Positions 1 to 14,517 of a DNA stretch of 64,000 nucleotides are shown here, piece after piece. The number at the start of each line of letters is the position of its first letter. Position 1 is the stretch's first letter. The notes below the pieces were generated by a model, which saw only the letters and a program-made list of their open reading frames with translations, made no database searches and was not told where the DNA came from. The position numbers and the translations under genes are program-made. Source of the stretch: the human T2T-CHM13v2.0 reference genome, Homo sapiens; the NCBI RefSeq assembly GCF_009914755.1, contig NC_060929.1. One strand, 5' to 3'.

Positions 1-871
1 GAGTCCGTTAATGCTATATAATATACAATGTATTTATTCTGGATATTAATTTAAAACATTAGGTATACACAACTGAGATATTTTCTGTCATAGTTTAAAG
101 TTTATCTGGATTATAGTTTAAGAATGCTATGCAACATCTAAAGAATTTTTGGGTGAAACATGTTAAATTAATCATTTTGAATATTTCTTCTAAGTTAAAT
201 ATGGTTATTTCATTTCCAAATTATAAATTAACAAGAATGTTTTTAGAGCTCTAATTTATGTAATTCTAGCTTGGTTTTCTTTGGAGTAAGCTTTCATGAA
301 ATATATTCTCCACATATTAAATTATTATTCTATTATTCTCATATCACATTTGGTTTTTATACAGACTTCTAGAGTCTAAAGTGAACACAAATCAAGTTTC
401 TGTAACCTGTAATTATCTTTGTGCAATTAAAACATTTTTAACATTAGTTTAAAAAACTCAAGTCAATCAAGCAACTACATTGTTTCAATTGAAAATAGGC
501 AATAACAATCAAATTTGCTTTAAAAATCATCTCTACTCAGGGCTTATTTCCCTAATAGTTCATATTTTCTGAGTGTTTCCTTTTATTTTTATAGAAGTAA
601 TACCTACATTACAAAACTACCTGTGTAACACTATGGAAGGCAATTTACAATGCACATTATAATGATGAAGCAGCTTGTTCACTGGTAGCAGTAATTCATA
701 ATACATTATAGCTCATTACAGGAGAGGTTTAGCTTAATTCTTGATTCTTTATGTTAGGGAGGGCAATACAATTTGAAAAGAAGAAAGTTTTCCTCTGCAT
801 TCCTCATGTTTACTTCTAAATATCATTTTAAGACACAGAATAAGTTTATCATTATGTATTGGAAATATTAT

Positions 872-1342
872 ATGTAGTGGAGGACTTATGAGAAAGAGGC
901 TGCTATGTGCTCATTCAAACTTCCTCCAGAAAACACAGTTAGACTACATATCCCATTTATTTGACTGCATTTATTTGACTGCATTTATTTGACTCAGCAG
1001 TTTCTTTGCAGTTTGATGTTGCCGAGTAACTGAATACTATCTAATGCAATATGCACAAAATTGATGTGTTTCTCTTTCAGGCCTGGTCCACTGAAAATGT
1101 TTGCACCATTTCCAATTCTTATTCTCTACATTAGTTTGCTGGGCTTATGTAGAGAATCCAGGAGAGGATTCCCAGGCTTTAAGGAATACTGGAACCACAT
1201 GATGGGAAAAGTTATGGTTCCAAAATGATGCTAACCAGAAACTCAGAACCAAACTTGGTATGAGAGATGGACTCATATTGTGTACATCACCGAGACTTAA
1301 GGGCTTATTTGTATGGAAGCTAGTTTACTTACACTAACTGAG
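872..1342 (+). mobile_element. Old MaLR solo LTR (MLT1H/I/J-like)
   Basis: Degenerate MLT1 motifs: gactacatatccc...ttgcagtttgatgttgccgagtaactga, caggcctggtcc, and the 3' block ttgtgtacatcaccgagacttaagggcttatttg. Boundaries approximate. Confidence 0.6.
954..994. repeat. 14-bp tandem repeat (CATTTATTTGACTG) x about 3
   Basis: Perfect units at 954-967 and 968-981, plus a 13-nt third unit at 982-994. Confidence 0.95.
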
Positions 1343-2534
1343 AACAAAGGGTTAGAATCGATGCACACTTTTCATATCTGGAGTTTTTTTTTTTAGTAAA
1401 TTCACATCAAACATAAGAAACCAGGTTTTTATACAAGGATGGACAATTCGGTCTTTCACTTTCCAAATGAGATTGTGTAAGCTGACAAACTTAGACAAGC
1501 ACAAAAATTATTTGTTAATAGTCAATGAAAATTTAAAAATATAGAAAGCATATACTAAATCTAAATATCAAGAATTATTCAAGAAAAGGAGAAACTCAGA
1601 AAAATAAGTTAAATCAACAGCAGTCAAAAAAAAAGTTATCCTATTTTATAGGAGGGTGTGTGCAAATGAATATTAGCCTAAATCTACCCTCTACATGAGG
1701 TTTATAGAAGGAGATGGAACAGCACTTTATAGAATGCCATTTGATTCTCAAAGGCTATCAGAGCAAAGCAAGAAAGACAAAGGTTATCTTTAGTATCCCC
1801 TAAAGATATCAAGACTTTTTCCCCTTAGAATATAAGTTCCAGATTTGATTTCTTTAAGAAGTGACAAGAACTTAGAGTTGTGAAGGAATCTGAATGCAGA
1901 ATTTTTCTACATTTTTGTTTTAATCTTTGACAATTTTATCACATTTGCCCAAATTGACAGTATCTTTTATAGTGACTTTAAAGTCTTTATTGAAAGCTTA
2001 CTGAGGTATTTTTCAGAGAAACAATTTTCACATACATTTTTATTGGTTTACATATTTAACACAAATTTGTTTTTGCAGTAATAGATATGATATATTTTGT
2101 AGGAGAATGACTGATTCTTGATAATCACTCATGTGGTCACAGCCAAATTGTGTGGCCATGGCAGAGATTGGCTTCCTACTGATGCATGTTTGTCATGCCA
2201 CAGGCATTATTCAAATTGTTTTACAGGGGGAAAGTTGGAAGTTAGTGAATCTAGAGAGCTGGATAAACGGTGCTGGGTTAAGAGAGTGCAGACGCACATT
2301 TTGACGGTTCTCACTCCACCTGCAGAATCTCAGCTTCCTGAAACTTTTCTAATAGTCAAGTGTGCCTGGGAGATTGTTACTCATGCTCTCCTGTGATGAA
2401 CACATGGATCTCCTGTTTGATTTCTCTTTTCCTGACCCTTTCTCCCTGATTCTAGCAAGCCAGGCACAGTGGAGTCAATGGGCATTGACATGGCTTCTGT
2501 TAAGTTCTGCCACTCCTGACTGGTATAACCCCTC

Positions 2535-2902
2535 TGTATTAGTTCATTCTCACACTGCTATAATGATACTACCTAAGACTGGGTAATTTATAAATGAAAG
2601 AGATTTAATTGAGTCACAGTTTCACATGGCTTACATGTAGAAAACTTACAATCATGGCAGAAGGGGAAGGGGAAGCAAGGCAAGTCTTACATGGCAAAAG
2701 GTGAGAAACAGAGCACAAGGAGGGAACTACCAAACACTTTTAAAACCATTAGATCTTGTGAGAACTCACTGACTATCACAAGAACAGCACGGTGGAAACT
2801 GTCCCCATGATCCAATCAACTTCCACCAGGTCCCTCCCTTGATAAGTGGGGATTACAGTTCGAGATGAGATTTGGGTGGGGACACAGAGCCAAACCATGT
2901 CA
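2535..2902 (-). mobile_element. THE1/MST-family MaLR solo LTR
   Basis: tgtattagttcattctcacactgctata...gactgggtaatttata...gagatttgggtggggacacagagccaaaccatgtca is the reverse complement of a THE1/MST LTR; 368 bp. Confidence 0.9.
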
Positions 2903-3629
2903 TACTCGCTCTTTAAAGATTGCCATGACCTGTTGGGCACTATTCCTCTAATGTGCTGAGGTTTGGGGGAACCAAAGCTATGTTTTGTCAAAAAGGGGTA
3001 CTTACAAGATGCTTGTGATTGATAGCTTATGAAAATTTGACTGAGATAACTCCTTCAGGCTTTAATTATAGTGTTCTTCCTCCCCACAGCTCACTCCCAG
3101 CACATGGTGATCTCATTTCTACATAAGGCACTAATTCATGTGAGGCTGAGTAGAAAGGCAGAGAGCAAGCAGTTTTACAAAAGCCTATGCATCCTCATGA
3201 GTAAAGTGGGTCAGGATTATCTGCAAAACTAGTTTTTCTTCAGAATCTTTCACTTTCCAGGAATCGCCTCAGTTTTTCATGCAAATGCACTTGGACAAAT
3301 TCAGACCTGTCTGCTGTCAGAAAGGAACACACAAGGAACACACCTTAATCTCATCATGAGGCTTGGAAACCTAAAATAACCTAAAAATAAGTTTAATTAT
3401 AGCATAACTATATCCTAAACAAAGCCTGGTTTAAATAAAGATAGATAGTGTTCAGTTATCTCTTCTTGTGTAAAGAACTACCCCAAAACTTAGTGACTTA
3501 CTGCATAAATATTTTAAATATATTATGATTTTGTATGTCAGAAATACAAGCAGGACTCAGCTGGGTGATCCTTTTGCTCCACATAGTTATTGACTGGGTA
3601 GAAGTTGGTGGTATTCAGCTGATGACTGG

Positions 3630-4504
<875 letters not shown>

Positions 4505-4848
4505 AGTCCACCCCTTGTCAACTTGGCACCCATATACGTCACCTGAAATCATACTTAATCCCTAAATAAAGACAATAATAAGGTCATAATTGGACCTAAC
4601 ATAATACAACTATGCTTCATACAACTGGAAGTGCACTAATCCTTAACCTAACAACACTTAAATGCTGATAGGAAATCAATAAAACTTATGTTACATGATA
4701 AAGGAAAAAGGAAATAAAATGAAGATACTTTCCTAGTACAGGTTATACATGCACAAACATGTTCTTAACAAAGTAAGGAGGAAATACTCATGATAATTAC
4801 AGTCCTTGTTTCTGCAACTGGTCACATGGTCATAGCTGGTATTGATGA

Positions 4849-5378
4849 CTAGCTTCTTCTACCCCTTCTGTATTCTTTTTGCCTTAAGCAAGTACCCTGG
4901 CCTGTTGTTGGTTTTCGCCTGGTGAAGGAACCCAAACCTTCATTCCTGAAGGGTCTGGGCCATTTTTCATCCTGTCTGGATTGGGTAACTAGTTTCCCAT
5001 TGACCTTAATCATGGGCATTGTAATAATGAGAGACACCCTAAGGGATCTCCTGTATTCCTGACATACTCTTCCTTACTTCCATTGTAGAGTAGTCTGATT
5101 TCATCCTGATTGTCTGGTCAATCACCTCCACCAACACTGTAACTCCCTTCTTAGCCTCTTGACTTAGAGGAAGGAGGAGCCCAAAGTGGCCAAGTGGCAA
5201 TCTTAAATTCCAGTTTAATGGAATCGTTGTGTGTCCTGGTAGCAGCTTTCCTCCCTCAGGAACTAAGACCTCTTAGGCCAGCAGAACGTAATGCCATGGG
5301 AACAGGAAGCAAACGTTTTGTTGGTGAGTCACTAGGGGTGATGGTGAGTGATACCACTTCCACTTCCACCTTTTGATT
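4849..5378 (-). pseudogene. ERVL integrase C-terminal/dUTPase remnant
   Basis: VEVEVVSLTITPSDSP, LRSAGL and MIKVNGKL match the ERVL dUTPase-region peptides; frameshifted. Confidence 0.8.
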
Positions 5379-6330
5379 GACAGGCCCCGCAGCCCGGACT
5401 CCTAGAAATTTCACTGAGGTAGACAGTTGCTGAATTTTAGTCGGATTTATTGCCCATACCCTGGCATGCAAATTCTCAGTGTGGTTGCTACTTCTCACTC
5501 ACTGGGTCCAGTCAGTGTAATTTCATCAATGTAATGGTCCAGTGTGATATCTTGTGAAAGGGAAAAGTAATCAAGATCTCTGTGAACAAGATTATGACAC
5601 AGAGCGGGAGAGTTGATATACCCATAAGGTAGGACATTATGGACGGGAATGGAGAAAAAGGCATTTGTCAAATTAATAGCTGCATACCAGGTACCAGGAG
5701 GTTTCTTAATTTGCTCAAGCAATGAGACCACATCTGGTACAGCAGCTGCAGTTGGAGTCACCACTTGGTTAAGTTTGTGCTAATCCACTGTCATTTTCCA
5801 AAATCCATCTGTCTTTTGCACAGAACAAATAGGAGAGTTCAACAGAGATGTGGTGGGAATCACCACCCCTGCGTCTTTCAAGTTCTTGATGGTGGCAGTA
5901 ATCTCTGAAATCCTTCCAGGGATGCAATATTGTTTTTTCTAGGTAGAGGCAGCTCTAATCGCCTCCATTTGGCCTTTTCCACCATAATAGCCCTCACCCC
6001 ACAGGTCAGAGAACCAATGTGGGGATTCTGCCAGCTGCTGCATATGTCTATGCTAATTATGCATTCTGACATTGGGAAGTGACTACAGGATGAGTCCGGG
6101 GACCCACTGGACTCACTGTAAGTTGGACCAAACTAACACCCTATTAATTACCTGACCTCCATAAGTCCCTACACTAACTGGAGGATCACGATGTTTTGAC
6201 ATTTTTGGAATCAATGTCAGCTCAGAGCCAGTGTCCAGTAGTCCCCAGAAGATCTCATCATTTCCCTTTCCCTAATGCACAGTTACCTTGGTAAAAGGCC
6301 AGAAGTCTCCTTGGGGAAGGATGGGAGAAA
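5379..6330 (-). pseudogene. pol: ERVL protease and reverse transcriptase remnant
   Basis: LLDTGS protease motif near 6230; [48 protein letters not shown] (decayed YIDD), SVKFLGV; disrupted. Confidence 0.9.
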
Positions 6331-6339
6331 GATTAACAG

Positions 6340-8110
6340 TAAAAATTGTTGGTAGTGTAGTGGGGGGTCCTTCCTTAAGGGAAGAGGCCTCCCCTCCATT
6401 TAAGGGGTTCTAGGTCTGTAAACTGGCTCAAATCTGAAAATTGATTGAAAAGCCATCATGCTCTGTTTTCATAATTCAAATTAGTCTTTTGTTTACTTGA
6501 CCTGGAAGTTTTCTGCTTATACAAATTAAGTAAGAATGCAGTAAGTTTCCTGTCAATTTTACTTCCAGGAACACTGTGATTAATTAGCCAATGCCAGAGC
6601 TCTACACGTGTCAGACTATTCTGCTTGCTGCTTTGCCTCTGTTGTCCATTACAGTAACTATGCCCAACTTGCCTTTGATGGTTGAGTGCTGCCACTTGTC
6701 CCATGCCACCTTGGGATCCAATTATTCCTATTGCATTTAAGTTTTCCCATTGAGGGAAAATTAATTTCCATTGTAAGATCTGGCATACCGAGAAGAGCAA
6801 TCACAGAGCTCTTCAAGGACGCAGGTGCTCCCCTCACAAATCTATTTTACAAGGTATTGGTGAAGGATGTGTCTTCTGGACCTTCTCAGTTGGGATGAGA
6901 AAGTCTAAAATGACTAATCCACTCTAGCATTCCAATCTCCCTAAGCCTTTGAATCCCTTCCCCTACATTAAACCAAGGGAGATCAGGCATTTCCAGCTCG
7001 CTCATAGTGGACCATCTTTTGATCCATGATTCAGCTAACCAAGGAAATAAACTATTAGAACCTTTTTAAATTCCCCCTGCTGCAACCTTAAATGCAAAAT
7101 CTCTGCTTAGTGGGCCCATATGAATAAATTCTGCCTGATACAACTTTATGTTCCTTCTACCGTTATCCCACACCCTTAATATCCATTCCCATACCTGTTC
7201 TCTGGATCTCCACTTATATAATTTAGAAAGCTCAAGTAGTTCTCTTGGAGTATGGCGCACCTCCTTATGGGTCACACTCTGAACCTCACCTTTAGGGGCC
7301 TACTGGGACTTGAGTCTAGTTACAGGGTAGAAGCAAAGAGGGGTGGTGGGGGTTGGTCCTGAGGAGAATCAGCATTTCCTTGCCTGGCAACTGCATCAGG
7401 GGAGACCATCACTGTTGCCTCAGGCAGTGCAATCTCAGACAAAGGTGGAAAGGCTGATGGCAGCCTGGGTGGGGAGGGGATGTTACCACCACTAGGGGTG
7501 GGGAGGCCATTTCCTCTGACACAAAAGGCTCATCAGAATTTAGGAGCTCAGTGTCTCCAGCTTCATCAAGGTCCTCCAACACATCCCCATCCCAAGTTAC
7601 AGGGTCCCATTCTTTCCCAATGAATGCCCTCATTTTAACAGTCGACATCTGGTGAGACTGAGCCTGTATCTTTTGTTGCAGGTCAGCTATTCACATGAAG
7701 AACTCGTGTCTGATTTTTAGCAATTTCAGCCCTTTGTCTACAAGACATAAGACTCTCACCCAGGGCAATCTTAGAAGATTTGAGGCTAAGTATGTGCTTC
7801 TGGAGCCAGGAGATGGGAGATGGAATCCCTGAGCTCATTCTTTTCTTTCATCACTTTCTCCAGCAAACTTAGGAGCAACCAAACAACTTCATTATATTCC
7901 TTGGTTCTCTACAAATGTTCAAAGGTATCATGTATAGAGTCACTAAACTCCTTGCCTTTCAAGAGTGGTGAATCAGGAATATCAAATGCGTTTATTTTGC
8001 ACAACTCTCTAAACAATTCACGCCAAGGACTATCAGTGCTCTCCACACTATTAGAAATAGAGTCGTTAAGTAGTTAATCTGGTTAGGTCTAACCAGATTA
8101 AAGAGCCAGG
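6340..8110 (-). pseudogene. gag: ERVL gag remnant
   Basis: GKEWDPVTWDGDVLED, EQVWEWILRVWDNG, GQVAALNHQRQ and ELWHWLINH in several frames. Confidence 0.88.
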
Positions 8111-8156
8111 AACCCCAAAACCGACTAGAGAAATCCATCCTTAAAATTCATTCCTC

Positions 8157-8180
8157 TAGAACCACCCCAGTACCAAAATC
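8157..8180 (-). other. Primer-binding site, tRNA-Leu-like
   Basis: Minus strand reads GATTTTGGTACTGGGGTGGTTCTA directly after the 5' LTR, resembling the ERVL PBS TGGTACCAGGAGTGG. Confidence 0.75.
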
Positions 8181-8765
8181 TGTATTAATCAGAACTCTCC
8201 AGAGGGACAGGACTAATAGGATATATGTATATATGAAAGAAAGTTTATTAGGGAGAACTGGCTTACACGATCACAAGTTGAAGTCCCACAATAAGCCATC
8301 TGCAAGCTAGGTAAGAGAAAAGCCAGTAGTGGCTCAGTCTGAGTCTGAAAGCCTCAAAACCAGGGAAGCTGACAGTGCAGCCTTCAGTCTGTGGCCGAAG
8401 GTCTGAGAGCTCCCAGTAAACCGCTGGTACAAGTCCAAGAGTCCAAAGGCCAAAGAACCTGGAGTCTGATGCCCAAGGGCAGGAGGAGCGAGAGGAAGCA
8501 TCCAGCACAGGAGAAAGAAGAAAGCCAGAAGACCAAGGAAGCAAGGTTATCCCACCATCTTCCGCCTGCTTTCTTCTAGCCGCACTGGCAGCTGATTGAA
8601 TGGTACCCACCCATACTGAGGGTGGATCTTCCTCTCCCAGTCTAACAACTCAAATGTCAATCTCCTCTGGCCACACCCCCATAGACACACCCAGAAACAA
8701 TACTTTACCAGCCATTTACGTATCTTTCGATCTAATCGAGTTGACACCTAACATTAACCATTACA
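8181..8765 (-). mobile_element. 5' LTR (MLT2B-like)
   Basis: tgtattaatcagaac...acattaaccattaca; collinear with the LTR at 3630-4504. Confidence 0.92.
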
Positions 8766-8942
8766 ACTGGGATGAACTGGAGGACCCCAGTATGGCTTCA
8801 CTCACATGTTTTGTGCTTTGATAGGGAAATTTGGAAGGCTGGTCTCAGCCTGTCCCCTGTCCATCTCCACATAGTCTCGGGGCCTCTGTATTTGATCTCT
8901 GCACCATATAATTGGACTTCCTACCTGGAGTTGGCTACCCTA

Positions 8943-9358
8943 TGTGATGATTAATTATATGTGTCATCTTGGCTACAGTGCCCAGATGTTTGGTCAAATG
9001 ACTGTCTAGATGTTGCTGAGAAGGTGTGTTTTAGATGTGATTAATATTTAAATCAGTAGACTTTGGGTAAAACAGAGTATCCTCCATAATGTGAGTGGGC
9101 TTCATCCAATAAGTTGAATGCCTGAAGAGGAAAAGTCTGAGGCCCAGGGAAGAAGGAATTCTGCCTCCAAGTTGCCTTTGACTTGAAACCGCAGCATCAG
9201 CCCTTCTCTGGGTCTCCAACCTACCAGCCTGCTCTGAAGATTTTACACTTGCCAGTCCCCACAAGCGTGTGAGCCAATTACTTTAAAAAAAAAAAAAGCC
9301 TTATATATACACCTATCTATCCTATGGGTTATACTTCCCTGAAGATCCCTAATATACA
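8943..9358 (+). mobile_element. MLT2C/D-like solo LTR
   Basis: tgtgatgattaat...cccagatgtttggtcaaa...aatcagtagactttg...gaaggaattctgcctcca...ccctaatataca. Confidence 0.85.
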
Positions 9359-9657
9359 CCAGAAAGAACATTTCAGGAGACAGGAAGTGAAAGCTGCCAG
9401 TTTCTTGGAGGCCTGGGCCTGGAAACTGGAACATCATTCCTGACATCAGAGTGTATTGTACAAGCAGTCACAAAGCCACACTCATTCTAGGGAAGGGGAT
9501 ACAAATTGTGCCTTTTAAACAAAGAATTTGTGATGATCTTTACCACAAATAATAACACTTGTAAAAAGCATTGTCCCATTCTATTCTTAGCCTATGGGAT
9601 ATGTATTATTATTACTATTTTACTGATGGTCAGAAAAATTAAATGGGAAAGACAGTA

Positions 9658-9971
9658 CAGCTGGCCCTTGTGTCCATGGAGTTTGCATCCGTGATTTTAA
9701 CCAATCACCGATTGAAAATGAATGGTTATATCTGTACTGAACATGTATAGACTTTTTTTCTTGTCATTATTCCTTAAACAATACAGTTTAATGACTATTT
9801 ACATAGCATTTATAATCTAGTAGGTATTATAAGTTATCTAGAGATGATTTAAAGTATGTGGGGGAATTGCATAGGTTATATAAATTTTATATAGGCGGCT
9901 TGAGCATCCATGGATTTTGGTATCCAGGGGGGTTCTGGAACCAATTCCCCAAGGATACCAAAGGATGACTG
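9658..9971 (-). mobile_element. MER2 (Tigger-derived MITE)
   Basis: TA|CAG...CTG termini; internal gagcatccatggattttggtatcc, tctagagatgatttaaagtat and tgtcattattccttaaacaatacag. Confidence 0.88.
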
Positions 9972-10034
9972 TGCTCGAACTAAAATAGTATCAGACCAGA
10001 ATCCTTGCTGTTAGTCATTCTGATATGCTGTCTC

Positions 10035-10247
10035 TAGTGGTATGCTGGTGATCTAGCTTTCTGGAAAAACAACAAGAAACCAAAAAGAGTAAGCTGTGAT
10101 TTGTAGTGCTTGCCAAATTCTGTTGTGTAAATTATCCCATTGTGGACAATTTCAAGCTATTAAAAACTTTTACTGACCTCAGAGTTCGGAAGGATGTGCA
10201 CAGTTAGCTGTAGTGAGCCAGTATGAGCCATCTTCAGAACGCCACTG
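10035..10247 (-). mobile_element. MER63-like hAT MITE
   Basis: Termini tagtggtatgctgg / cagaacgccactg; internal tgatttgtagtgcttgcc and atttcaagcta. Confidence 0.7.
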
Positions 10248-10287
10248 AGTATTTTCTCCCAAATGGAGAAACAATGTTACTGGTCTT

Positions 10288-10420
10288 AAGAGAATAAGAC
10301 AGAAAGAGAAAGAGGGAGGGGAATATTAGTGGGGAAGAAAGAAAGGAAGAAAAAGAAAGAAAGAAAGATAGGTAAAAAAGCCCAAGGAAGAAGGAAAGCA
10401 CATGAACAACAAAAAAAATT
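10288..10420. repeat. GA-rich low-complexity tract
   Basis: Nearly pure purine run with GAAA/GGAA units. Confidence 0.8.
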
Positions 10421-11059
10421 TTTTTCTAATGGAAATCCTGACTATGCTCTACTATCCAAAAGATAGAGAATAACTGTAGATGGAAACAATGGGAATTTAT
10501 TTTAAGAACTGAGCTTTCACAAGATTGTTTTTCTGATTATTACAGTTGCATTTCTGATTATTTAAGCATCGCTGATCTACTTCTTGGTTTAGGCTGACTT
10601 CTGACTTGGTAGCCAGGATGCAATTTGCTTTTCCCAGCCTTCCTTTGGTATCTTAGGAAAGCCTGGCATATTTTATTATTTCATGGAAATGTAAATAAAG
10701 GAAGTATAATTGATCACCACCCCTTTTGCCCTATCATTGGGCCATTCCAAAACTACGTATGTAATTTTCAGAATATTTGAACCTCTTTTGAACATAAATC
10801 TTGTTTGCTTCCCCCATGACTTATATACAATCTTTATTTGTCTTCTTGAAGCCAGCTATTTCAATGTTGCATTAAATGATGACTTAGCATGGCATTATTA
10901 ATCAGGCAATGACAGAAATACCTCAGACTCATTCTTTTACAACTAAAAGATACCTAAGTGAGGATAGCAAGCACCATTCGTTGCCTGCTCCAAAGCCTTT
11001 TCAATAAAAGCCTAGTTCTTAAAGCAGTTAACAAACTTCCCAACATGACTCCAGTAAAT

Positions 11060-11470
11060 CTTATTTTACCCAGTTGTGGAAACTTTATGACTGCTTTTGG
11101 AAAGGGACATGTGATTTCATCCTAGCCAATGAGTCCTGAAGAAAGACTGCTGGAGTGAACCAGGGAAAGGTTTTCTTGTTCATAGAAATCACCCCTTCTT
11201 CAATTATATCTTATCATGGTGTAAGTGATATGTGGCTCAGTAACCCCTATCTTGTGATCATGAGTGAAGCCAGCTGGTCTGAAGCCTGCACATGGACAAG
11301 CATGGGGCCAAGAGCATCACAGAGGAGCAGTGCAGTGATCCTGAACTACTGTGCATGGAGCCCGTTCAACTTATGGAAGTCTTACTCTTGAGATATGATG
11401 TCTCATGATTGTTTAAAATAGTTGAGACGGGGCTTTCTGCTCATTGCAGCACAAAGCAATCAAGCACTAA
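11060..11470 (+). mobile_element. Very old MaLR LTR fragment (MLT1J/K-like)
   Basis: acatgtgatttcatcctagccaatgag, gggaaaggttttctt, and a terminal ttgtttaaaatagttgag...ttgcagc. Confidence 0.45.
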
Positions 11471-12089
11471 CCTCTTCACTGACACATGTGAAAATCGAGG
11501 TCCACAAATAGTAAATCTTTCAATTGCTGGACACAGCCAGTGTCAGATTAGGACTAGGACCTCATTTCACTGACCTAATCCTTGGAGGCCTACAAAAGAT
11601 ATAAAGAAATCCCTTCTTCTCCACTTGCCTTCATCTGATAAATGTGGAATAGGCATTTTTGTGAGTTGGAGACTTACTTAACAGGTCTTGGCAAAGATTT
11701 GCTCCTGGGTCTGACACTTAAACTTATCCATCTCTGTTTCTTAATAGAAGTGAATACTTGATATCAAATTTTAATATATAAAAATAAATATTTCAGGGAT
11801 AATTACCTTAGAATTATGAGTAAAATATTTTCACCATTACATGTATTTTTGAAACTTAATTCTATAATTGTAGCAAAACATTTCAAAGCATGTAGTGAAG
11901 GAAATCAAATACCTGTCAGTGTGTAGAACTTATATCTATATGTATATACCACATTATGTGCATATATGGTATATCTTAGGTGTGCTGTGTTTGGTTGCAA
12001 GAAGTTTTCATGTGATCTCTCTAATCAGTAAAATCTCTAGTATCCACCAAATGTATTGATTAGTGACTTAGAGTTGCTGCATGAATGAG

Positions 12090-12210
12090 CTCGTTAAATC
12101 CTCACAAGAGCCCTACAAGGCAAATATTATTATTGTTCTAATTTTAAAGAGGAGGAAAGTGAAGCCCAGAGAACTAAAGTGACCTTTCTAAGGCCACATA
12201 GACAGTGTCG
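12090..12210 (-). mobile_element. MIR fragment
   Basis: aatcctcacaag...attttaaagaggaggaaagtgaagcccagaga...aaggccacatag core. Confidence 0.7.
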
Positions 12211-14222
12211 AGGAGACCAAGTATCTCCTATGGCTAGTCCTGTGCACTATTGCTGAAGTATTTTTCTTAGGGGGCTTGGGAGGAGACAGTGGTAGAACCA
12301 ATGAGGTAGAAGTGGAGGATGGTAGGTGACAGAGTCTCCATCCAGTGGGGTTGGAGTTAACTCATCTAAGAGGCCTAGTGGCCAGGCCAGAAGGCAGAAA
12401 GGACCCAAATCTTGGTAAATGCTGGTGAAAACCCCATCCCACTCCTCCTACTCAACCACAGCCACCTTTAGGCATTCCCAGCTAGAGCATAGACCATAAT
12501 TAAGGATATATATGAAAGATGAAACATATGGCCAACATCTGGACCAACTCTTCAACAGTGCCCATTGTGAAGAGACTGATGATCTGGATATACTTACTAT
12601 TAATAGTTTAGGCACACTGTCTATCACACTCATGCTGCCTGGGCCAGACACATGAACCAGCATAGATGCCATAATGGCTTGACCAACAATGGACCTAGTT
12701 TGAGTTGCTGGTCTTGCTAATTTGTACCGTAATCCCAGATTGTCATGGACAGACTGATGACCTGAACATGCTGGGCATTTAGATATAAAACTGAGGCACC
12801 CCCGCTCACTTCATCTTGGCCAGATGCAAAGGGCCTAGATGGAGATTGTTCAGTGGACCGTTTTGCATCTTCTACTTGCAAGTATTTATTAAGCACTGGG
12901 GCATGTTTCCCTAAAGTTCTGTTGGACCTAGTTTTGACGCCAGAATGGCTCTGCAATTATCCAGAGCCACATGAAAATCAAGGCTTTCTATTTATAAACA
13001 TTAAATGACTCAGGTGACAGATAATTCGATTTTTAAAAACTATATACATTTCTTGAAGTATTTTCACCATCATTACTTAGGTTTTTGCCATTTAATCCTG
13101 GTGTGTGGAATTACTGGTAGCTGGTACTACCAAAAAAGAGTTGGTAGTTTAAACTGAGGTGCTGAGAACAATTAATATGACATTCCAAAGTGAAGTGGCA
13201 GTATAAATGTTAATACTTACAGGGGAGAGCAGAAAACTAGATACAGTGCTCTTCAATTCTTCATTAACATCTGCAAAATAAAAGGATCAGTATGTGTCAG
13301 GTTCAGAGAGGATCTGGGGACAATTTCTTTAGAAAGACCTGTTAGAGGTCTGATGCAAAAATCTCCTTGCTTAAAGACCCTTTTCCTGGGAAAAGGGTCT
13401 TTAATGAGACAATGCAAGGAAAATTTCTTAAGAGAGAGCACTGAGTGCTGTAAATAGCCATGTCTCCCCTCAAAGGGATAAGGTTGCATTACCTGTTAGT
13501 CTGACATGTAGAAAGGAGGCTTTAATGAGACCACTCCAAGAGTGGGATCTTGCTGTCATGTGTGAAATCTCTAGGATGAGAAATAGCAAACTGCATGTTT
13601 GCAATTAGCAAGAGGAGAGTGGCCTCACTGGGCGTCCTGCACTTTGAGGTTTTATTGGTATTAGGGAATGTATACAAGTAACCTGTGAATTAGGTTCTGG
13701 AGATGAACGTTAACATGGGGAAGGTCCTGTCTAAGAGGGTAGCCTAGACTGAAGGATGAAGGGACCTTGACCAAGGGAAGTGAGGGCATTATCATGTTTC
13801 TATGAGCTGAGGAAGGAGTACATGCTCTATACTGTGAGAGATACCCTAATTTTAAATAAACTCAGAGTTTTAACTATTACATAGTTCTAGACATTTTACT
13901 ATCCATATTGAAACTGTTATTTCCAAGGATAAGGAAAGTCTAGCCTCTCCTAATAAAATTAACAGGCAGTGGGGGAAAAAATGTTGTTTTAAGATTGCAT
14001 CCCAAGAATGAGTTGTGTTTGTCCAGTACTATTCTGTACACTATAACATTAAATGGTAGTATTGAATAATCAAATACACTGAAATGTTTAGCAAAGAGAT
14101 ATATATTCTGAAGTCTTTCCTAGGAACAGGCTTACAGTATCTATAGTTTCAATATTTAACTGTCATGGTACTTTCTCAAAAGTTTGAATATTGAACATAC
14201 TACATGTTATAGAAAAAAATAA

Positions 14223-14517
14223 CATGCCTGTAATCCCAGCACTTTGGGAGGCTGAGGCGGGCAGATCACGAGGTCAGGAGATCAAGACCATCCTGGGTAA
14301 CACAGTGAAACCCCCGTCTCTACTAAAAATACAAAATATTAGCTGGGTGTGGTGGTGGGCACCTGTAGTCTCAGCTACTTGGGAGGCTGCAGCTGGGAGA
14401 ATGGTGTGAACCTGGGAGGCGGAGCTTGCAGTGAGCCGAGATCTGAGGTAGCACCACTGCACTCCAGCCTGAGTGACAGAGTGAGACTCTGTCTCAAAAA
14501 TAATAATAATAATAATA
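14223..14517 (+). mobile_element. AluY-like element, 5'-truncated by about 17 nt, (AAT)n tail
   Basis: Diagnostics gagatcaagaccatcctgggtaacac, gaatggtgtgaacc and gcggagcttgcag. Confidence 0.92.

Noticed and set aside
954-994. CRISPR-like array
   Set aside because: Contiguous repeats without spacers in eukaryotic DNA.
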